DNA of 63,725 bases, counting the filler, from Guillardia theta CCMP2712 (lineage: Eukaryota > Protista > Cryptophyta): NCBI RefSeq assembly GCF_000315625.1. It is 5 parts of 5 records of this genome, joined end to end, with 100 filler letters (N's around TTAATTAATTAA, not from the genome) between each part and the next. Parts side by side here need not be neighbours in the genome. Positions count along the whole stretch, not along the records: positions 1 to 21,512 come from NW_005434623.1; positions 21,613 to 33,879 come from NW_005434297.1; 3 more parts are not named here. One strand, 5' to 3'. The position numbers and the translations under genes are program-made. The notes under the pieces are model-generated. The model saw only the letters and a program-made list of their open reading frames with translations, searched no databases and had not been told where the DNA came from. Below are positions 11,001 to 27,251 of this stretch, piece by piece; the first letter of the stretch is position 1; every line of letters begins with the position of its first letter.

Positions 11001-14000
11001 TGAGGAGTCTTGAATGGATTCACTTTCTGTACATAGACTTCGATGTACTTCATCATGCTTTTGCCGTAGAGATACTACAGCCAGAATAAATGCTGGAGGT
11101 AATCACAAGAGAAGTGGAACCTGTGTAAGCTCCTCAACCATATCATGCTTGTCGCAGACATTGCTGTTAGACATGTCAATCAAAGATACTCATTTTGAGC
11201 TTATCCCCACATAAGGGGCCTTGGATCCGCAAGCTTAGCTTCGGACTTTAAGAAGTCCTTGACTTTGACTGCTGGGTAGTACTAGAATTCGAATGAGCAA
11301 CTTTCAAACCCATGATGAAAAGCACCTGAGACTCGCGAGTGATGCGCTCCAACTCCTTGAAATCGTTCTTCATCATACCGACCTGGTTGCAGGCTTTACG
11401 AAACTTTGAATTGAGAGTTGTATCACCTTTGCGCAAGCCACAATATACTTGTAGTGGACTGTTTCGTCTTGAGAAAAGTTCACGATAGCACCCAAATAGT
11501 AGTACAGGCCCTCCATACTCTGAGAATTCGATCATTCGAGGATACCGACATCACAAAATGCAAACAAACCTTGAACTCCTCGAAGATTCCGATCAAAGTA
11601 GACGGAGTCATGAACTCACTGTACTTGGTGGCAACTTGTACACAAATCTGAAGGTTGCTTCGCATGTCCTTTGCGAGCATCTCCTTCAAAAGGTCGATAG
11701 CCCAGGTAGTGTCAAGGGTACCAAACCACTCAAGCAGGAACTCAGCCTTCAAAATAATAATCAGATGGTCGCAATATACAATAACCAGAGATTGAACTTG
11801 AAAAGAGTATGTGCGCATAACAAGAAATATACCTGCATCTGAGAAGCGTATACAATGACCCTCTTCAAATCTTTGAGCTCGGTGAAATGCTCGAGTGCAC
11901 GCTGATTCGAAGGTGAGGAAGTGCCAACAAGGAGCAACGCAAATCGAAAAGCTTGCCTGAAACAACCCGGCACGTTCGCAGAGCTGACCCACAGTCGCAC
12001 GGTCGTAGTGGGTGAGCATTCCATTCGATAGGATTGCTTCAGCAACCTAAATACTGCTCAAACCAAGGCAACAAACGAGAAGAAAAAGAAACCTGCGGAG
12101 CTGCCCTCAAGTTGATTTCCAAAAGTTTGGTTTGCAGTGCTGCTTCCTCAGGCTGTTGAAACTAAGCACGCACACAGAAGTCTGTCGATAAAGATACCTT
12201 GTTGCCCTTAAGAGCATCCAACAAGAAGGAGGTCGTCTACGAAAATGTCACATGTGCGAGCATCAATAGATGAGTTTGACCTGCTGAAGCATGTTCCTGT
12301 TCAGAAACAGTTCTGCAACAGCTGCCACGTCGATCTTCGTATCAAACATTAGAAAGTGACGCTGTTGTAACTTCATCACCTTGGATCCACCCTCTTGATT
12401 CACAAGCATCTGGGCGAGGCGTACAGCTCCCTCTAGAGACTCAGAGTCAAAAGATCCTCTGCAGCAGTTCAAGCGTCAAGACCAGGATTGAGGACGACCA
12501 TGTTCGCCAAGATGCCGGTCCACTCTGGCTGGTATCCGACACGCTGCAAGTGCAGATTACGTCTCCAGCCTATCCTGCCTCTAATAAACCTGTGCATATG
12601 CCAGAATTTTGTCGTATTGCTGGGTCTCAACAAAGCAAGCGATGACCTTACAGACAGGTAAGGGACTTGGGGCAGAAAATGCCAAGTTATGTAACCTTTC
12701 CAGGACAGTTTGCCTTGTTGTAGACTTTCAAGGCCAGGGTACCATCGACCTACACTTGATGATCAGATCAAAGTAGAAAAATTACGCAGGAAACGATCAA
12801 ACCTGCTTGATGAGGTCTCCCAAATCCTCACTGCATTCAAGCTTTGCATAGATATGAGATATTCACATGCATATGCAAAACAGTGAGTAACCTTTCCTTC
12901 GTCGAACCATTTCTGTAGCAACTGCTGCTTACCCTGTTGATATTTGTCAGAGCGTGCTTGATCATTATGATATATACCTGTCCAATGACTGGGCGTGCCA
13001 GCTCCACTGACTCCACTGCATTCAAGGAGCTAAATAAAAAAATCGCAGTCACTTGCTGAATCATCAAACGTCAAATCACCTATCCTCGAGGATCTTGCTG
13101 AAGTAGATCAGAAGTGGATTCTGGCCGCCTTTCAAATAGAGTCAGAACCCAAACTAAACTTTTGTCAACCAAGAACCAGGATTCTGGGAAGCAACAGTCT
13201 TGAACTTGTTGATAGTGTTGGGAGTACGCAAGACGCCTGTTCTCTATTAGACCGCATTTTCTGGACGGACAGGCAAAAACCCACCGTTTGGCGACTTGGC
13301 TGCCATTTCCGCAGCACCTTGGATATCCCCACTTCTTAAGAGCTGAACAAGCATCATCGATTTGCTCTCTCAAATAAATGATGCTTACCTGATCAAAGTT
13401 GGCGGCATACAGCTGCTCGGCTCCAGGAAGCTTCCCTCGGGCGGCAACCTGCAGAAGAATCAGGTATTGATTGAGATTCAAGAATCTAATCGAACCTTCA
13501 TTGCCAAGTCCAGATTTTGCAAATTCCCCTGAAACCGCGCAAACAGGCAAATTACACATTGAAAAAACAACCATTTTTGTCGCAGAGCTCCTTACTTGGA
13601 TAAACTTGACGATGTTTTGATCGTCAATCTGGACATGAAGGACCTGCATGACCTATCACGACCATACGATTCTGACTAAATCTAAATACTTGTCCAAGAC
13701 GATTGATACCAAGCAGCCCACCACTTGCCGAGTTGACACTGCATCACGCACAGCGTGTCAAAACGCAATAAGAATGAGCATATCAAGAACAAACCAGGTT
13801 GTGAAGATCGTTTCCGCACTGATGCGATTCATGAACACCTTTCAGAATAATCAATTGAATATTAAACAGATGTCATTGTTACTTGGGTCCCCGTTTCGAC
13901 GTCGAAGACGTAGATGTATCCAAATTTGCTGACCAAGAAAACGAGCCCATACTTGTCACTGACCTGAAGGTGAACAGATTAGACTGCCAAGTCAGCTTTG

Positions 14001-15392
14001 GTTACATTTCCAACCTGCATTGCCACTGGAAAATCGTTTGCAGCATCAGCTGGGACAGTAATATCCACGGCACGCTTTTGGAAGGGCTGAAACAAACCCG
14101 GATCAACCAATCCATCAAGTGACATTTTTGTGCATATGTACCATTGCGGAATTTCCTTTCACAACTTCAATGATGTGCAACTTTGTTCCAGTTGCACTCT
14201 GCGTAATATCAAAGTCAGTTCGGTTGACTTCAATAAGGCAGATAAAACCTTGTTGGCAAAAGCGAACAAAGTTGATTGCTCAGTTCTGCAAAATCCAATC
14301 AAACACAAACCTACAACCATCAAACAGGCTTACGCTCCCTGACACAGGAACTGGGAGAAAGCCGCTGCATGTCCTTCAATACTCTGGCATGTTTGTCAGT
14401 GTTTCTGCGATGTGTACCATTGCCATCGTCATACCTGGCTTTGTTGCTTCTCTGCAGAGTAGAGTTGCATGTTGCCAACAATCCTTCCAGATCCATCTTG
14501 TGCCTTGAATGAGGTCAGTTTAGAATCAGAAAATTGCCGCGTCTTACTTGTGCAATGCCAGTCAAAACCATCCATTTCTCAGCTGCGTCAGCGCTGCATT
14601 TCTTTCAATGAATATTTTGGCAATAGGTCGCGAAACAGACCGATAATTGATGATCTGGTACGTTGACATTTGCGGGAGCCTGTCGAAAACCCTACGTCCC
14701 AAATATCAAATTGATTCCAGCAAAATCATTGGCATTTACTTGACGGGTTCACTGGTGCCATCCATGCTCCAATGAAAAACCGCGTTTGCAGTTACCAATG
14801 CCATGGTTCTTTCATTAATCCATTTCCAGTAGACGACCTTTGGTGTAATTCAGGAATCTTCACGGTAACATGAATCGACTCACTGGCTCAGGCATGTTGT
14901 GTGCCTTCATCTTGGATTTCAGCTCGCTGTCATGACAAGTGAGCGAATGAACTCCAGAGAGAAAAAAGCTGACATGTTGAAAATCTGAAGTGCCTGTCCA
15001 CTTTTCAAAGCCAAGATTTTGGCAACCTAACGCAAGAATAACCACACACGAAGGCATGTTAGCAAGACACATACAGGGTTCATCAAAGCTGCATCAGCAG
15101 TGATCGGCCGTTTTTCAGTACGCGCTGGGTTGAACAAATCGACGATGTGAATCATGACCTGAAAATATTTCTAAATTTCTCGCTGGAGACAAAGGGCAGA
15201 GCGACACCTGTTCTCCAGCTTGTTCTCTGACAGTGATGAACTTTTCCGACTCCATCGTGCAGTTGGCAAAAGAGATCGCATCTGCTCTGATTCCAAGAGC
15301 AGGGATCTGTCATGAGGACGTCATCGGTGTGTATTCAGGAACTGAAAAGCTAGGACCTTGAGAACTTCATTGAGTTTGATGGGGGCAGCCAT
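7259..15392 (-). CDS. CLTC: Clathrin heavy chain, many short introns
   Basis: Start [11 protein letters not shown]; [13 protein letters not shown]; [12 protein letters not shown]; [25 protein letters not shown]; LQMARKK; [15 protein letters not shown]; [39 protein letters not shown]; Met/Gly-rich tail ending MATHF-TAG. Confidence 0.97.
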
Positions 15393-16959
15393 CGCACTCC
15401 ACTCCAATCGTTAGTCCCTGTAGATACCTCGAGACTTCCTTTCAAAACAGAACATCGATCAGTTCTCAGTCCACTGCTGATATTCGCATCAAAAAAAATG
15501 GCGAACATTTTTTTCGCTCAAACCAGACTTATGCAAGCAACAAGAAATAGAAGAAGACAAAACAAATTTCCAGATTATTCATAATTTTGAGGACAACATA
15601 AGACCACGCAACACTCTTATTTGGTCTTGTTTCCGCCTACGAATACTACGATCTGCGCATTGCGTATGCCTGGCACATTTCACAAAAAAATCTAGGATCT
15701 AGATTTTAAAAACAAGATGGTATAAGAACAAGGCGAAAACGCTTGTTGATGCAACAGGGGAGGCTTTGGAAAGAAAGAGCGAAGCGAATATATCAGGCGA
15801 AGCGAAAATCCAGAATCACTAATGAAGTTGAGGTGGTGTGCGATTGCAGGACTGCAATGCAACGGGCTAGAGCCGCAGGATCATAGGAGAAGTTCATCTC
15901 CACCAAGTTTGATCCATGAGAAACGCCAGGAAGTGACGAGAATGCTAGAATGCCGGTGAGATTTGTATGGACACCTTACGGGGGGCAGCGGCGGAGAGGG
16001 GAAAGAGGAGGAAGCTTGAGAGTGTTTGATCCTCTCAGGGTGGTCTTGATTAGGGGTAGGGTGATGTTCGATTTGGGTGGGTATGAGGCCCGTGGGGTAC
16101 TGCTATTCCATGCAATGGGGTTGCTCGGCGATGCAGTAGTTCAAAAGGTAGCTAGATATGCAAAATCAATATGTGTATACTTGAGAAAAGTAGAGGACCA
16201 GACCGGATGCTTTTGAAGGCAGAATTTACAACCAACCTGGGTTGGGTGCATAAACTTTGAATCGGGTGGGGGGTGAAATTTCGTGTAAATGAAGGGGGTG
16301 ACAATGAGCAATAGGGGTAGGGGTAATTAGGTGACGTTGCTATGGGGCTATAGTAGAGGAAGGAAGTACTGGGAGCAGGTAGGGTATTTGGAAGGAGATT
16401 TCGTGGGTAGGGGTCCCATGGAATGGATGATGGCAAACAGAGATGGACGAGGGGGTGGGTCGTCTCTGTTTTGTGTGCATGACTGGGGTGGTAGATTATC
16501 ACAAAATCGAAAGATGTGGGTGGGGTAGTAGTTTGACACTGCCAGGGTATAAAGGGGGTGGCGGGGTATTAGCGAAAAGAAACTGTGGATCATGAAATTC
16601 AAGATTGGTAGCTGAAATTTCAATATTCATAACAGAATTATAGCTTAAGTCAAATTCTAGAAGAAAAAAAAACGGGCGGGGGTGTAGGAACCCTCGGGGA
16701 ATGTCTGGCTGGAATATGCGGGGTGAGGGGTCAGACCCCCTTGGAACAACCACCCTACCATGCAAAGCAGCAAACAAATGTACCTCAAAGGTCATCAATC
16801 CTCTAAGTGAGATATTATATAATCTTAACGACCCTTGTCCGTCAAGACTCAGGTTTCTCAGATTCACCGCTCGACATTGGGCAGCACCCTGTATGGCTCT
16901 CACCCCTCGTTATTCCCCCATTCTCTTTCCTACCATGAGCTGCCTGATCAGACCGTATC

Positions 16960-17815
16960 CATAGCGCCGAAAGGTGCCCGGCCAGCCGGACCGTGGCCGC
17001 CCCCGGCCCCGCCGGGGCCGGCGGGCCCGAACGAACTTGGCCGCGCCCCGCGGAGGCGGCACTGACTCCCGACCGCTGGCGCCCGGCCGGGCCGCCGCGC
17101 CGCAGCCGCCGCCGCACCGTCACGCGGCAGGTCCGCCCGCGTCGGCCGGGGCCGGACGTGCCGCAATGCGGCCGCCCGGCCGCACTGCGGCACAGTGGCT
17201 CACTGACTCAGCAGTGAGCAGCCGCCAGGCCCGGCCGCGTCACGTTCACGGCGGACTCCGAGGCTCCCGGCGATCGCGGGGGATAACTGACTCTCGGGGG
17301 GGAGTCATTCAGGGCCGAAGTTTTAACAGTTCAACACTGTAAGTAACTTAACTAGTAAGTTACTGCCCCGGCCGGCCGCTTGTGACTTCCGAAGCCGGTT
17401 GACTCAACTCAGTGTCCGGGGACTTAGCCGACTCCCAGCCGGGCGGCCTCGGTCACGGTCGCCGACTAACTAGTATGTTGCCCGGCGGGGTGCGGCGGCG
17501 GCCCCCCCGCGGCACCGACGGTGACACTGAGCGGCCCCCGGCCGCGGCGCGCGGCCGGGGCCGCCCGGCACTGCACCCCGCTGTCACAGTGTGGCACTTT
17601 GACGGCTCCCGGGTGCCGCAACGCCGTGACGGTGACTCCGACCCGCCGTGACTCGCGGCGGCCCAGGGCCGGCCCCCGGCCGACCCGGGTGCCCGATCGT
17701 GACCGCCGGGGCCTCAGCCCGCCGGTGATTTCACGCCAGCGCCGCCGGAGCGCCGAGTCGGCCACTGCCGTTTGAACTTGAACCCGGGCTTGACTCGGAG
17801 GCTGTGACCGGCCTG
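16960..17815. repeat. CCGG/GC-rich dispersed low-complexity island
   Basis: Very GC-rich; recurrent ccggccgg, actgactc and gtcacgg words shared with 20560-21512, 31660-32290 and 36360-36920. Confidence 0.7.
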
Positions 17816-18076
17816 GGACAATAGCTGCAGGTGTTTTCATGTTCGTTAGACCCATTCATCAGTGAGTTTGCTTTAATATTGTGTACAAGATCGCACCAAA
17901 GAATCAAGAGTCGGTAGCGTCGCGAGCACACACGAATTCCACGGCAAAAATTTACAGTCAGCAAACATCACTTGCGGGAGACCGAACTGCTGAAAAACTA
18001 ATTGTATATTAGAAAGAGGCTAAAATCAATGGGTGAAGGCAAGAGAAAAAGGCAAGGAATGTCACATTTCAAGAAC

Positions 18077-18724
18077 TCAGCACGCAGGATCAATTTTGAT
18101 CCTAAAGGCATCTGCAAAGCTGGGAAAACACCTTCTAGCAGTACCACAACTAGTTGGTGTAGAAGCACATAGCTCGCCAATAGAAATTCTGGCTTCTGAA
18201 GAGTCATCAAGACTTGAAGCTTCATCATGCATGGTCATCGAAGATTCAACACTTGAGTTCTCCGCACTTGAATCGCATTCATGTTTGTTGAAGTATTCTT
18301 GTTGCTCCCGCTTCGGGGCTTTCAGCCTGTTATCACTCCTAGGTCCAAAGTCCTTAGCACCAACTGGACGCCCAGGTCGCCTACGTGTCGTCCTCAAAAT
18401 TTCCTGAAAGGCAGTCTTTTGCTCGCCATCTAAAGTGCTCAAAATTTTGCAACGACGATCTGGTGAGGCAGTCTCGAACAAGTGAACCAATTTCTCCTTC
18501 TGAGTCCAGAGCTCTTGTGTTGCATGCACCCATGTTTTTCTGTTCCAGATATCTCGAACCACCTTAGAAGTGACACCATAGCGTTTCGCAACAGCCCGAG
18601 GACAGTTGTCATGGTTCGAGGCATCAAGGAACCCATTCGGAGAGAGTTGTGGACGCAAGTTGAAAATTTCGCGTACAGCCTCGACGGTCAAGTGTGTTCG
18701 TGGTGCTGTGGCTGGATTGCCCAT
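18077..18724 (-). CDS. Putative HTH DNA-binding protein with an AT-hook-like motif
   Basis: 215-aa ORF: AVREIF...AVAKRYGVTSKVVRDIWNRKTW (HTH pattern) and RRRPGRPVGAKD. Confidence 0.7.
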   Translation of the reverse strand: MGNPATAPRTHLTVEAVREIFNLRPQLSPNGFLDASNHDNCPRAVAKRYGVTSKVVRDIWNRKTWVHATQELWTQKEKLVHLFETASPDRRCKILSTLDGEQKTAFQEILRTTRRRPGRPVGAKDFGPRSDNRLKAPKREQQEYFNKHECDSSAENSSVESSMTMHDEASSLDDSSEARISIGELCASTPTSCGTARRCFPSFADAFRIKIDPAC

Positions 18725-20559
18725 AATGCGTCACTTCGAGGATTGTAATGGCAGGAAGTTTGCTTTCTGAAAGATACCTAAGAGAAGAAAGGTCAGGTCC
18801 GCTTTCACCACAACTCAGTTAGAGAGTCGGAAGTCAGATGGAATAGCACGTTTGTAACTTGAAATGGAGGATATGGTGTACATTCAACAGAATTTCCATC
18901 GATCAGCATTGATTTGCAGTAAATGACTGTCTAATCGAATGTCTGAGCGCAGCCTTGTTCTCACAAAACAAGACAAGGGCAACATCCCCAATGCCACCAA
19001 CAAGCCTTTTTGAAACTGGAACATTTGTAAAACACATTCTTAGTGACTAAAAGTTCTTCTTTTTCGTTTGCATACAAGGCAGAAAATCGGCATGGACTGG
19101 TGCGTGTTACAATTAAGCGAGGAATTCGGAACATTCTATTCTAACAAGAGTTTCCTGGTTCGGATATCTGGATATGTATCAGGAAAGATAAGTGGAATCA
19201 TATGCAGGACTGACAGCTCACAAACAGGAAACATGCAAGAGCAGTGCTGTATATGGTAAAAGAGGGCAGAGCTCAAATGCGTGGGTGCGCACAACTGGGG
19301 GTGCTTGGGGCCGGCATGGTTGCATGAAGACGGATTTTCGGGCGCAGGGGGTGTGAGGTGTACCAGGGGAAATACAGGGGGTGGTGGTGTAGAAGGGGGA
19401 GAAGAAAAGCATTGAAGACAGGGTATTCAAGACTAGAAAGAGGGGGTGCTGAGCACAGGGGGACTAAAAAAGAGGGGAGCCCGATCATGCAGGTGGGGGT
19501 GGAAATCCGTACAGCAAATAGTCGGAGTACCCGTGCATAATGGCAATTCTGATTCTGTGACAGAGGGTGGGGGTACCCATTTCTAGCTGTCGAAAGATCT
19601 ATTAGGTGTTCGACATTCGAATCGGTTGGGGAAAAGCCGGGGGTGGGGTGGAGGAAAAAGAACAATAGATGAGTGAGAAGCGCACGATCAGATGCTGTTA
19701 TCGTTTCCTTGAAATAGGGGGTGATGGAGGTGAATACAGGGGTAGCAAGCAGGGCAACCTTCCAGGTGGGTAGTGTCGAATTTGATCGTTTTGGAGGAGC
19801 GGAAAGGCAGGGTTCGAAGATGCTCAAAGTGAGGGGTGGTGACCCTTGGAGGGGGAATGGGCGGGGAAATTAAAATTTCAAGGTGGGGACAGTCGATTTT
19901 AAAAAAAAACTTAGTTGTTTTTTTTGGCCTTTTAAAAGTCAGGCAGTCCTCCCGCCGGTACAAGACTTTGGAAAAGTAGGGGTAGGGGGTACGCTTTCTG
20001 AATCAAAACGAATCAACGCCTGCTACTTCCATAGAATTTCGACAGGAGCTGATCTGAAAATGCACTACAGAGATTCTTAGTACGAAATAGTTTACTCTAC
20101 AATGTCATAAGTCAAATGATTACTTATCTTTGTACGTACTGAAGGGGTCTGTAGTGGTGATTGGAAACACGTGAAACCCTCTTGAAGCCTCGTCGCCTTG
20201 AAGTCATTTTCGGGGAGCTGTTACAAATTAAAACAAAGCTCCTACAAGTATAAAAGAATTTGAGCCATCTATTTTAGCTATTTGTACCATCTATTTGTTT
20301 TTTCCTAGGGTGTATCTCCTTTTTTGTAGCTCATGAAGCTCCGAGTTGTGCACGGCTTTACCGCTCCACCACACAAATCAGATCAAACCCTCTGGACCCA
20401 CCCCAGGTCCAGACAAACTTTCAAAACTACCCCTGTGCTTCAGGTGATTTGACCACAGAAGCCTCGGACTCCGGTACAGCATCAGTGGAAAATTCTATGA
20501 ACCCACCCCCTGAAAATAGTCGTAGTATCTCATGTTATCAGTCACAGGCTGCAACTTGC

Positions 20560-21512
20560 GGCCGACCGTGCCTTAGAGGTCATTATTCGGACCACGGTAT
20601 CGGACCGTACGGTAGCCCGGCCCGGGCGGCCGGCGACCGTCACTACGCCGGTCGGTCAACGGGTGGCACCCGCCGTGACCGTACCGTACGGTACGGTCCT
20701 GCCGCATACAGTCGCCGCCGCTTCGAGCCGCGCGGCGCGGCTCCCACCAACGACTGGCACCGTAGTACCGTACGGTCACCGGCCGCCGGGCCGGCGCGGG
20801 GCGCCGCGGCGGCCGCCGGGCGCCGGGGGTCTCAGCCCGGCCTCCCGGCGTCCGGCCGCGCGCGCCGCGCGGCCGCGCCCCGGCGGCGGCCCGGCGCCGC
20901 CGACTCGGAGGCTCCGAGTCAGCACTGGCCGGGCCGTCACGGTCGCCGCCGCCGGCGGCGGCCCGGCCCTCAGCTAGCCGCCCGGCGGTACTCAGTACGG
21001 CGCCCCCGGGCCCGGTGACGGTAGTACTACCGGTATCTCACCGTGCGACTCAGGCAGCCCGGCGGCCGCTCGGCCCGCCACGGAGTCACTGAGTCGGACA
21101 CCGCCGGTGCCCGGCCACCCGCCGGGCCGCCGGCGTGACTCAGTCGCCTGAATGATCCGCCCGGTCCGCGGCTCGGATCGGCGGACGGTGGCCCGCAAGG
21201 CCCGCGGCGGCCGCCCGGCGCCGGGGTCATCGCTCGCGGCCGCACTGCACCGGCGCCGGCGGCAGTGGCCGGCCGGGCACTGAGGCTGGCGGCGGCGGCC
21301 GGGCCGACCGCGCGCACTGAACCGTTGAACCGTGATGATGAACGGTTAACTTCCACGGTGACTACCGGGTGACCGTAGTAGTTAGGCTAGTCAGTACTGA
21401 CAGTGAAGTTTGGCCCGGGGGACAGCCGCTGAGCAGTTGGCCGCGGCAGGCCCCCATGATGATTGGGTTTGGTTCTCTGCTGTCTTTTCTCTGGCCGGGC
21501 TTCTCGGGCGCG
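20560..21512. repeat. CCGG/GC-rich dispersed low-complexity island
   Basis: Same vocabulary as the other islands (cggtacggt, actcag, ccggccg). Confidence 0.7.
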
Positions 21513-21612
21513 NNNNNNNNNNNNNNNNNNNNNNNNNNNNNNNNNNNNNNNNNNNNTTAATTAATTAANNNNNNNNNNNNNNNNNNNNNNNNNNNNNNNN
21601 NNNNNNNNNNNN
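21513..21612. other. Artificial contig linker N44-TTAATTAATTAA-N44
   Basis: 12-mer with stops in all six frames, flanked by Ns, 100 bp total. Confidence 0.97.
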
Positions 21613-21649
21613 AGGAGGAGTGAGGAAGAGGTAGAAACAAGTGGAGCAG

Positions 21650-25461
<3,812 letters not shown>

Positions 25462-26259
25462 TCATCGTCATGGGGCATCAGTCCAGCCAGACTCTCAGCC
25501 TCAACTCAGGAGCATACCTCTTGCAGACAGCGGCGTCTTCCCTTCTGGCATGCTCGACGTGTCCCGGAGAGAAGGAGAGAGCAAGGAGTCCATCGGATTT
25601 CTCTCCACATCTTGAACTCGCAGCGGCGGCACGTAGCTCGGATTCGACTTTTTCAGATCCCACCCTGCGTCTCGCGCTCTTGGAGAGGGGATCATCCCTT
25701 CTCCTCTTCGTCCTCCTTCGTCTCCTCCCCATCCTCCTCCTCCTGATCCCTTCCGCACATTATCTGGTACAAAATTTGTCGCTCCCCCGCGCCATAGCGT
25801 GTCAAGCATGCCGTTACGCAGGACTGACCCCTCTGTTGGGGAAGATCGCAGACCCACGGGCTCATGTCGCAGAGAGGAGGAAGATGCTATCCTTGCTCGA
25901 GGAGAGGGCATGCTCTCCCCGTCTCCCCTCACGCCTCCTGCTCCTCCCCCCGCCCTCCCCGCCATGTCGGCGCCCTGATTCGAGGTTGTAAATTGTAACG
26001 GTCTGGTCAAAAAAGTTTTTGGTCAAGTTTGAGATTCCGGGTCCCCCTCAGCGCGCTATATCGGCCATGTTTGGAGGTGTGCAGGAGGGAAGGAGGAGGA
26101 GGAGAGGAGAGGAGGAGAGGAGAGGAGGAGGAAGGAGCTCGTAAGGAGAGAGGGTACTGAGCAGCAGAGGATCAGAGAGATCCCGTTGATCGGAGAGAGG
26201 ACGAGGACGAGGAAGTGAGAAGAGGGAGAGGAGGCTGTCCGATCGAGAGAATTTTCGGC

Positions 26260-27251
26260 ATGGCAGAGCTCCGGACGAGACAGAGAGCTCTTGGTGTGGC
26301 GTTAGGAAGCACCCTGCTCTTGTTCTGCTGCTGCATCTTCCTTGCAGTATCTCGCCATGCCCCGTCAACCACGTCGCTCGAGGCACCATGGTCACCTTTC
26401 ACTGAGGTGGTTCAGAAACCAGGGCTGAGCCTAAGGAACATTCGGCAGCTTCATGATCAATGGCAGCAGGCGCGATGGGCCTCACGATTTGTTCCGAGCC
26501 ATATGAATGGAGGAGGAGGAGGAGGAGGAGGAGGAGGAGGAGGAGGAGGAGAACCTCCACTGCGGCAGCTGCAGCCAAAGTTCGCGCTGCTCAAGACTTT
26601 GAGGTCGGAGGACGAGGAGGAGCCACCCGGCCCATCGATGGGAGAGCGTGAGAGGTTTGTGAGGAGGGGACGAACTCCTCCAGCTCCTCGCTGGGTACGA
26701 GACGACATGGACGAGCATGTCAGACCCGCTGACTGTGGGGGGAACTGCGTCCCCCAGAGCGTGGTTGCCCCGTTCAATCCGCTCAGCCAGTACCGATCGC
26801 TGACGTCTGACTATGACCTGTCGCATCCTCCCGGGTGGGTGAGGAAGGACCTTGAGAAGCGACGGTCGGAGTCTCGTCCTCTTGCTCCATCGCCGATGCC
26901 GGCAAGTCACCCCCCCATGGAGAAGCTGCCGCTGCGGAGAGGGCATGCGCATGCGGGAGACGGCCTTGTGGAGAAGAGCGAGCGCGAGGACGAGGAGCAG
27001 GACAAGAAGGCGGAGGAGGTGAGTGCTTGCTGCTCGTGTTAGAGTCTGACATGCTGAGCTCAGGATATGAAGGAGCTTGAGAGGATGGAGAGGGAGGAGG
27101 AGGGGAACCGGTAACGGAGGAGGCGAGGGGAGTCGAGGACCTGATGGCGTGTGGACAGGAGAAAGGATGCGAAGATGCGCCGGCTGGTCTTGAAGGACGT
27201 CATGGAGAAGAACTCTCAGACGAAGGTGAACGAGCTCGGTCGACCTTCTAG
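26260..27251 (+). CDS. Hypothetical protein with N-terminal signal/anchor, 3 exons
   Basis: MAELRTRQRALGVALGSTLLLFCCCIFLAVS...; GT-AG introns after 27019 and ~27110; ends ...NELGRPS-TAG. Confidence 0.55.

Noticed and set aside
16842-17855. Arg/Pro/Gly/Ala-rich ORFs in GC islands (also 20449-21356 and 32070-32300)
   Set aside because: Open only because of extreme GC content; no domain-like sequence.
21557-21568. TTAATTAATTAA as a biological motif (e.g. piggyBac TTAA target)
   Set aside because: Always centred in 44+44 Ns: an assembly linker.
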